Below, one piece after another: positions 58,016 through 64,000 of a stretch of 64,000 nucleotides of DNA. The stretch comes from Candidatus Heimdallarchaeota archaeon (lineage in GTDB: Archaea > Asgardarchaeota > Heimdallarchaeia > JABLTI01): NCBI GenBank assembly GCA_019056785.1, contig DXJV01000073.1, forward strand, positions 39,957 through 103,956. The letters are read 5' to 3'. How positions within the stretch are numbered: position 1 is the first letter of the stretch; every line of letters starts with the position of its first letter. The translations under genes were made by a program, and so were the position numbers. The notes beneath the pieces are model-generated. The model saw only the letters and a list, made by a program, of their open reading frames with translations, did no database searches and was not told where the DNA came from.

Positions 58016-59080
58016 TTGAATGCTGAGAATTCTGTTCCTAAAAAACCTGCACCCGAATCTACAGCTAGAGCACAAAAGGTGCCTAAACATGTCTTTGTAC
58101 TTATTGTAGTTGCAATGGTGATGACCTCCTTCGCTTCTATTCTTATCCGCTTAGCAGGGAAAGACATTGTTCTTTTTTGGCCCCAACGGCAGCCGGCAGA
58201 TGCTTCCGTCATTGCTTTTTGGCGCCTCCTTTTTGCCACTCTTGGGATGTTTTTGGGGGCTGTGGTTACAGGCAAGCTTGGAAAGTTTAAGCAAGTGGAC
58301 AGAAAAAAAGACCTCCCCTTGTTAGCTCTTTCGGGTTTAATGCTCGCCATTCATTTCATCAGCTGGAATCAATCACTACAAATGACTACCATCGCTAGTT
58401 CTGTAACCATTATTTATTTAATGCCATTGTTTGCTCTCCTCTTTTCAGTGTTCTTTTTAAAGGAACGAGCAGGCTGGTTGCAAATTATCGCCATCATTTT
58501 ATCTGTTGGAGGGGCAATAATCGTCGGCCTTGCAGACTTGGTTTTTCAAGCAACCCCAGGCGGTCTTAGCGTTCTCTTTGGTGATTTGCTTGCCCTTTTG
58601 GGGGCTGTCTCTGGAGCAGCCTATTTTGTTATCGGACGAAAGAAGCGTGAAAAAATAGATATTTTCTCTTATACAACCATAGTCTATGGCATATGCACCG
58701 TTTTTATTTTCATGTATTTACTGGCGAATAACGCTCTTGCTTTGCTCCCAAGCGGCCCCTTCGAAACAGTGGCGATCTTCCACTTAAATTGGCAACATTT
58801 CTTATTCTTCTTACTTCTAGCAGTTGGCCCTTCCTGCTTAGGACACACTTTATATAACTATGCCCTGGGATATGTTAAAGCACCGGTAATAACAGTAACT
58901 GCTCTTGGGGAAATGTTCGGTTCTACCCTTTTAGCTTATGCTATCTTTCATGAGACGCCGACTCATTGGAGCGCATTTCTTGGAATGTTCCTAGTTGCAT
59001 TAGGTATTATTATCACTGTTCTTACAGAAAATCGGGCTTTAAAACGCCTTTCTCTTTCAGAAATAGAAAAGATGCTTTAA
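58016..59080 (+). CDS. EamA/DMT family transporter
   Basis: About 10 TM helices, FWRLLFA, HFISW..SL..TTIA, GDLLALLGA, GHTLYN. Confidence 0.93.
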   Translation: MNAENSVPKKPAPESTARAQKVPKHVFVLIVVAMVMTSFASILIRLAGKDIVLFWPQRQPADASVIAFWRLLFATLGMFLGAVVTGKLGKFKQVDRKKDLPLLALSGLMLAIHFISWNQSLQMTTIASSVTIIYLMPLFALLFSVFFLKERAGWLQIIAIILSVGGAIIVGLADLVFQATPGGLSVLFGDLLALLGAVSGAAYFVIGRKKREKIDIFSYTTIVYGICTVFIFMYLLANNALALLPSGPFETVAIFHLNWQHFLFFLLLAVGPSCLGHTLYNYALGYVKAPVITVTALGEMFGSTLLAYAIFHETPTHWSAFLGMFLVALGIIITVLTENRALKRLSLSEIEKML

Positions 59081-59212
59081 CTCAGTAAAAAACCCTCTTC
59101 TCTAAAAGATTAAAGAAAAATTTAGGTGACCAGATGCCTAATTTTGCATAATTTCGAAAGCAGTTTGGAACAAGGTATGTCTTACGAGCACTCTTATCAG
59201 CAATAGATGTCT

Positions 59213-60340
59213 TCATTTTTGTCCCTCTACCAACTGTCTTGCCAATGCTAACTTTTGCTCTTTTTTTTCACAATGCTTTTCAATAAACGGAAGAGCTTGG
59301 TCAAACAATTCTTGCTTGCATTCGCCACACAAAAGCTCGCCGGATTTACAAGCGTGTTCCCTCTTTGTTAGGAGTTGGTCATCGTCTGTGAAATAGAATT
59401 TGAACAAATCGAATATGCGGCAATCATCTATTCTTCCTCCTTTTGCTTTCTGTTCTCTTTTGGTTTCTCTGCCGCCTGTGATGATATTGCTAATTTTTCT
59501 TTGCAGAGACTTTTCTGTTTCACTTAAAGTCAAGATAAAGGCAGTCCCGGCACTTTTTGACATTTTTTGCCCACCATCTAAGGACCCCAGGATTTTGTGG
59601 AACGTAAAGGATGGTAAGATGAAGCCAAACCGCTCTTGGTGTATTTTTTTTCGAGCAATATCTCTGCTCAAGCGAGAGTGAGGGGCTTGTTCTAATCCCA
59701 CAGGAGTAATGGTGGGTAATGGTCCTTCGTAATCCGGTAGTTGCGGTAATAATATATCTCCAATCTGAATGAGGGCACTTTGATAAGCGCCAAATGCTTG
59801 TTCACCATAAATAGCTCTCATCATATTGTAGGTTACATTACGTGAAAATAATGATGCCAAACGTAAGACATTGTGCTCCTCTGATTGCTTATAAATATAG
59901 GCTGTTTTGGGCTCTAGACCCAACGCCAAAATGTCAGCAATATTGTCAATGGCAATTTGGTGAGCCCGTTCTAAAGGCACTCCATTATGCAAGTACCCCT
60001 CCATATCTGCAATGCAGAAGTAGACTTTTGCACCAAGTGATTGATAATACAAAACCTCATTACAAGTGATAAGAGAACCAATATGATACTTCCCCGTGGG
60101 TTTGATCCCAGTCATAATTGCAAAAGGCTTCTTTGCTTCAATTGCTTCGAAGACCTTTTTAGCATCAGTATGACCAAAGATCAACCTGCGCCGGAAGTAC
60201 TTGTGGTTCATCCTTCCCTCGAGGGAATCAGCTATCTCGCTAATGTCTTGAATACCAAATTCAAGCATCGCGCGCTCGTAATTAGTTATTTTGCCGGAAA
60301 AGGCATCGATACTAGTATTAGTTACTTGTTGATTCTTCAC
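59213..60340 (-). CDS. trpS: Tryptophan--tRNA ligase
   Basis: TGIKPTG.YHIGS, PVGLEQAPH, KMSKS, TGGR, CGECK. Probable GTG start at 60340 after GGAGG. Confidence 0.95.
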   Translation of the reverse strand: MKNQQVTNTSIDAFSGKITNYERAMLEFGIQDISEIADSLEGRMNHKYFRRRLIFGHTDAKKVFEAIEAKKPFAIMTGIKPTGKYHIGSLITCNEVLYYQSLGAKVYFCIADMEGYLHNGVPLERAHQIAIDNIADILALGLEPKTAYIYKQSEEHNVLRLASLFSRNVTYNMMRAIYGEQAFGAYQSALIQIGDILLPQLPDYEGPLPTITPVGLEQAPHSRLSRDIARKKIHQERFGFILPSFTFHKILGSLDGGQKMSKSAGTAFILTLSETEKSLQRKISNIITGGRETKREQKAKGGRIDDCRIFDLFKFYFTDDDQLLTKREHACKSGELLCGECKQELFDQALPFIEKHCEKKEQKLALARQLVEGQK

Positions 60341-60627
60341 ATGAAAAACCTCCAAAAAATAGAGTGGTGCTACCAATAGGAAGCCTTCTTTCATCTAGGA
60401 GGATTAGAATTAATCGCGCCAAGCGAACTCTAGATGAAATTCTGCGGCAACCATATTAGTAACCATGAAAAGAAACGTGCCGCCTTTTTTTTAAACTTTA
60501 CGTAATGATTTGTTTTTCCTAAAAAAAGTGTTTTTTTCAGCTCAAAGGTGCTTTCCTACACTTGTAGCTCCGCAGGAAAACTTTCAATAATATTCCATTT
60601 AAAAAATAGGCTTTAAAGAAAAAGTTG

Positions 60628-60713
60628 TGGTGCGGGGAAGGGGAGTCGAACCCCTGCACTCCTGCGAGACAAGAGCCTGAATCTTGCGTCTTTGACCACT
60701 TGACTATCCCCGC
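60628..60713 (-). tRNA. tRNA-Leu(CAG), encoded CCA
   Basis: GCGGGGA/TCCCCGC, CAAGA-TT-CAG-GC-TCTTG, long variable arm, TTCGACT. Confidence 0.96.
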
Positions 60714-60779
60714 AGTGGTAATTAATTATTGACCAAAAGTTCTTTTTAACTCTAACGATGAAACCTAAATCCCAGAAGT

Positions 60780-62120
60780 TTAGCTCATTTTTTCTAATAG
60801 TTTCTTTACCATCTCGAAGTAGAAATTGGTTACTGCAACAAAAGAATCAAGGTCCAGCCATTCATTCTTAGCATGCACTCCACCACCTATCGGTCCAAAA
60901 TCAAAGGTGGGGATGCCTTCACGGGAGAAATAGCGTGCGTCGGAAGCGCCTCCTTTTTCCACCACTTTCGCTGGGAAGTTAAATTGTTTGGATACTTCGA
61001 GGGCTGTCTTAATTAACATTGAATCTTTAGGGGTGTTGACCATTCCCTGACCAGGTTTGAAGGTTAAAGAATACTCAGCACCAAATAATTCATCGCACAT
61101 TTTTCGCAACGTATGCTCAGCTACAGTATAATCTTGAGTCATTGCTCGAATGTCTAAGAGTAATTCCCACTGGTCGTCTTTTTCTAATAACATATTTGGA
61201 CCAATCGTTATCCCATAGGTAGAAAACGCAGTGGGAAATTGTGTTCGAACCAGAAAACGCAAGTTTTCGAAGAGCATTGTTAGATGTTCATCATAAGTTA
61301 CTTTAGCGTTTATGGTCTTATCTGGGATAACAACCTCGAGGCTCACTTCATCCGGAACAACATTTCCTTTGATAAATTTCCCAGTAAGATGTGCTACTTT
61401 CCAAGCATTGAAGCTTACTTCCCGTGAGGCACGAAGCATGCAATGAACATCTCCTCCAGGGTTTTGATACGCTGAATGACGCCCCCATTGATCAGTAACA
61501 AATGTCTTTTGTTCGATGTGCCCCCTGATTTGTGCTGTTTTCTTTGGAAGGGAAATTACTGCCCCCATGGCATTTCTCCGTCGAGAGATAATTACCAACC
61601 CTTCCCCATCAAGATTCATTACTGCATCAGGCATACGCTTGAATTTTTTCAAGTAATTGCCCGCGCTGTGGACACCACCAATTTCCTCATCACCAGAGAG
61701 TTCAAAACAAACAGTCAATTTATCTTCAAGATTTAATTCTCGGATCAAAGGGAGAATTGTCATTATGGATGCAACATTGTTCTTATTATCTATAACACCC
61801 CGACCAAAAGCAAGATTGTCTTTGATGACAAGTTCAAAGGGATCTGTTGCCCATCCCTCACCAGTAGGGACAACATCAAAGTGAGCCATGAGCAACAAGT
61901 GGAACTTACCATTGCCAACTTTTCCATAGACAGAATAATAACCTTCATCCTCAAAAAGTTGAGCAGCAATCCCTCGTTCTTGCAAATACTGCACTATAAA
62001 TTCTGGGCATTCTTTTCCCAACTTTATCCCTTCTGCAGGGCGATTAACTGTCTTAAAACTTACCAATTTTTCTAGCAAAGAAATTAACTTCTCTCGGCTG
62101 ATTTCTACCACGATAACCAC
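60780..62120 (-). CDS. M20 metallopeptidase (ArgE/DapE family)
   Basis: AHFDVVP, GRGVIDNK, DEEIGG, GGASDAR, FGP...H..NE. Confidence 0.93.
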   Translation of the reverse strand: MVIVVEISREKLISLLEKLVSFKTVNRPAEGIKLGKECPEFIVQYLQERGIAAQLFEDEGYYSVYGKVGNGKFHLLLMAHFDVVPTGEGWATDPFELVIKDNLAFGRGVIDNKNNVASIMTILPLIRELNLEDKLTVCFELSGDEEIGGVHSAGNYLKKFKRMPDAVMNLDGEGLVIISRRRNAMGAVISLPKKTAQIRGHIEQKTFVTDQWGRHSAYQNPGGDVHCMLRASREVSFNAWKVAHLTGKFIKGNVVPDEVSLEVVIPDKTINAKVTYDEHLTMLFENLRFLVRTQFPTAFSTYGITIGPNMLLEKDDQWELLLDIRAMTQDYTVAEHTLRKMCDELFGAEYSLTFKPGQGMVNTPKDSMLIKTALEVSKQFNFPAKVVEKGGASDARYFSREGIPTFDFGPIGGGVHAKNEWLDLDSFVAVTNFYFEMVKKLLEKMS

Positions 62121-62352
62121 GACTTTTTTTAAGCACTATTAATTAAACAAGATTACTCTACTTTATAAACTGTAGCACTTTCTTTAACAAATTACTAGTT
62201 GTTTTCTAACTATCAAGTAACGGGCCTTTTCTTACCATTAATACAATTGAAATTAGTAGTACTAACGTAACCAATGCAAAGAGATGCAATATGTCACTGT
62301 AGTTTGAACGTGAAGGCGTTTCCTGTTGTAAAGGATTACAAATCGCATTTAG

Positions 62353-63504
62353 TTAGGCTTTCTTCTTTGAGGGGGGTCCATCCAATATTATTACCTCTTC
62401 AGGTAGGAGCCTGCACTGACAGTAGGGACATTTTCCTTTCACCTTTAACCATTCTTGGAGGTGGGCGAGATGCCCTATCGTGCCACATTCCGGGCATTTG
62501 CCTGCTTGTTCGCCAAAAGAGATTGGAAGTTTGCATACATTGCAGTAAAGAACTTCTCTCTCACAAGAGCTACATGTCTGAGCTTTTTCGTCTAAAGGCA
62601 TCCCGCAATAATAACATGTTTTCTCTTGTAATCTTATCAAACTCTTTGCAAGTGTTTTTGCTGTTTTTTCCCTCTCCTTCTCATCTGTTTGCAGTTTGTT
62701 TTGAAAGAACACCCTATCATTAGAAACTTGAAATGGAATTGATTCCGGTAGATCGATTAACCAATCTTGTAAAGAAATGATGTCTCTGAAATCTAATATC
62801 TTGGCTAGTTCCTCTAAAGAAATAGACACATATCGTTTTAGGATCCTCTTAAAATCTTCAATGCGTTCTTCTTCACTCTTTGTTATTGTTAAAGGAGAGG
62901 AAGAAATATATGGTTTATAGATTGGGCTATATGGAGCTGAAGCTGCAGAGGTTTTTTTCGAATCGTTTCTAGCAATTGCAGATTGGATTTTTAAAGAAAG
63001 AAACATCATAATTAGAAAGATTGGGAGCAATAGTATCTCAGGTAAGAGATATAAAAATAGGTTTGCAACATTAAAAAACGATTTTGCTTGTGCAGTGCTA
63101 CCATAGGAGCCTTCTCGTACAATCAGTGTCCCAAAAGAGGAGGCAATATTTAATGAAAAATAATGAATGCCTGTTTTGCTTGCAGTAAACTCGAAGCTTT
63201 CTCCAGTATAACCGGGCCCATCCACTTTTTTTCCTGAAAGCAATAAATAGGAATCAAACAATGTGATGCTATAGTCTTTCTGCCAGAAGTAATCAATAGT
63301 TACGATAATAGTATAAGTCTTGCCTTTTGTTAGATGAATTTTATACGTTTTAGAAGATGCTATACTAAAAAGGTCAACACTTTGCCCCACATCAATTTTT
63401 CTTCCTCGAATTAAAGGAATTGTGAATGCTAGAGTATTGGTCACCGACAAAAGCACAACAAAAATCACAGTTATATTTACAATCAAACTTTTCTTGGAAG
63501 TCAT
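62353..63504 (-). CDS. Single-pass membrane protein: extracellular beta domain, TM, wHTH/PCI-like segment, zinc ribbon, RING variant
   Basis: N-terminal signal helix, second TM LFLYLLPEILLLPIFLIMMFL, ISLEELAKILDF, CYYC..CSSC, CNVC-x10-CPEC-x4-HLAH..W...CPYC. Confidence 0.8.
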   Translation of the reverse strand: MTSKKSLIVNITVIFVVLLSVTNTLAFTIPLIRGRKIDVGQSVDLFSIASSKTYKIHLTKGKTYTIIVTIDYFWQKDYSITLFDSYLLLSGKKVDGPGYTGESFEFTASKTGIHYFSLNIASSFGTLIVREGSYGSTAQAKSFFNVANLFLYLLPEILLLPIFLIMMFLSLKIQSAIARNDSKKTSAASAPYSPIYKPYISSSPLTITKSEEERIEDFKRILKRYVSISLEELAKILDFRDIISLQDWLIDLPESIPFQVSNDRVFFQNKLQTDEKEREKTAKTLAKSLIRLQEKTCYYCGMPLDEKAQTCSSCEREVLYCNVCKLPISFGEQAGKCPECGTIGHLAHLQEWLKVKGKCPYCQCRLLPEEVIILDGPPSKKKA

Positions 63505-63600
63505 CTCTGAGTAATTTAAAAGAAAAACCTTATTATTAAGCTTTTTAAATGAAAAAAGTGACCCGTGGTTCGAATTTCATTTTGTTCATAAAATTTGTCT

Positions 63601-64000
63601 TTAGCATAGTTCTTTAAGTTGTTGAGGGTGAAATGAACGAGCACCCATCCTTCTTATTGTTGCACTTGCCGCTTTTACGCCCAACCGAGCTGCTTTTTTA
63701 ATGTCCCTTGTTTTTAAAAATTCATGAAGAAAGCCCGCAGAAAAGGCATCACCCGCCCCTGTAGTATCGACCACTGGAGTTGGGAGTGCCTTTTCGAAAT
63801 GTTCTTCTCTTTCTCGTGTTTTAATAATGACGCCTTTTGCTCCTAAGGTTAAGACAGCAATTTCTGCGAATTTTAGCATTTCATCACTAATCTCTTTTGG
63901 GCTGTTTTTCTGTGTGAATGTTTTTCCTTCGAAGAGGTTCGCAAAGAGGATGAACGGTGGATGTTGTTTCATTAGTTCTTGCAAGACCGGCCGGGTGCGG
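63601..64000 (-). CDS. PfkB-family carbohydrate kinase (5'-truncated)
   Basis: TLGAKG, VVDTTGAGDAF. Confidence 0.93.
   Translation of the reverse strand, partial: RTRPVLQELMKQHPPFILFANLFEGKTFTQKNSPKEISDEMLKFAEIAVLTLGAKGVIIKTREREEHFEKALPTPVVDTTGAGDAFSAGFLHEFLKTRDIKKAARLGVKAASATIRRMGARSFHPQQLKELC

Noticed and set aside
349-62723. Numerous short antisense ORFs in the ORF track
   Set aside because: They lie opposite well-supported genes and lack motifs; treated as shadow ORFs.
1-64000. CRISPR arrays, rRNA, IS elements, selenoproteins, canonical ORB or dif sites
   Set aside because: No regularly spaced repeats, rRNA signatures, transposase motifs, conserved in-frame TGA, or convincing ORB/dif matches found by eye.

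Overview
Archaeal chromosomal segment, very probably from an Asgard archaeon. This is inferred from gene content: ESCRT-III, UEV/Vps23-like protein, Rag-like GTPase-roadblock fusion, RING proteins, Urm1/SAMP, Yip1, EF-2 paralog and PolB1. It has about 50 protein genes, four CCA-encoding tRNAs (His-GTG with a 37/38 intron, Asp-GTC with a non-canonical 59/60 intron, Ala-CGC, Leu-CAG) and one multi-lesion pseudogene. No CRISPR array, rRNA, transposase or integrase was seen. The most unusual observations are: (1) a histidine locus with a histidine ammonia-lyase carrying an inserted rubredoxin domain, a second MIO-family lyase with Ala-Cys-Gly instead of Ala-Ser-Gly, a tRNA-His with eukaryote-like A73 and no encoded G-1, and a HisRS with an altered motif-2 loop; (2) an unannotated ~220-nt highly structured RNA upstream of truA; (3) extreme, roughly mirrored strand-specific adenine depletion around 49.7-50.0 kb (only 5 of 226 codons of the Vps23-like gene end in A); (4) a decayed PKS-dehydratase/PPTase fusion gene near bacterial-type lipid genes; (5) two membrane-anchored RING-variant proteins, one with receptor-like architecture; (6) a free-standing HTH-LAGLIDADG protein with an internally duplicated module near tRNA-Ala. 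All calls come from motif reading by eye; no database searches or folding programs were run.
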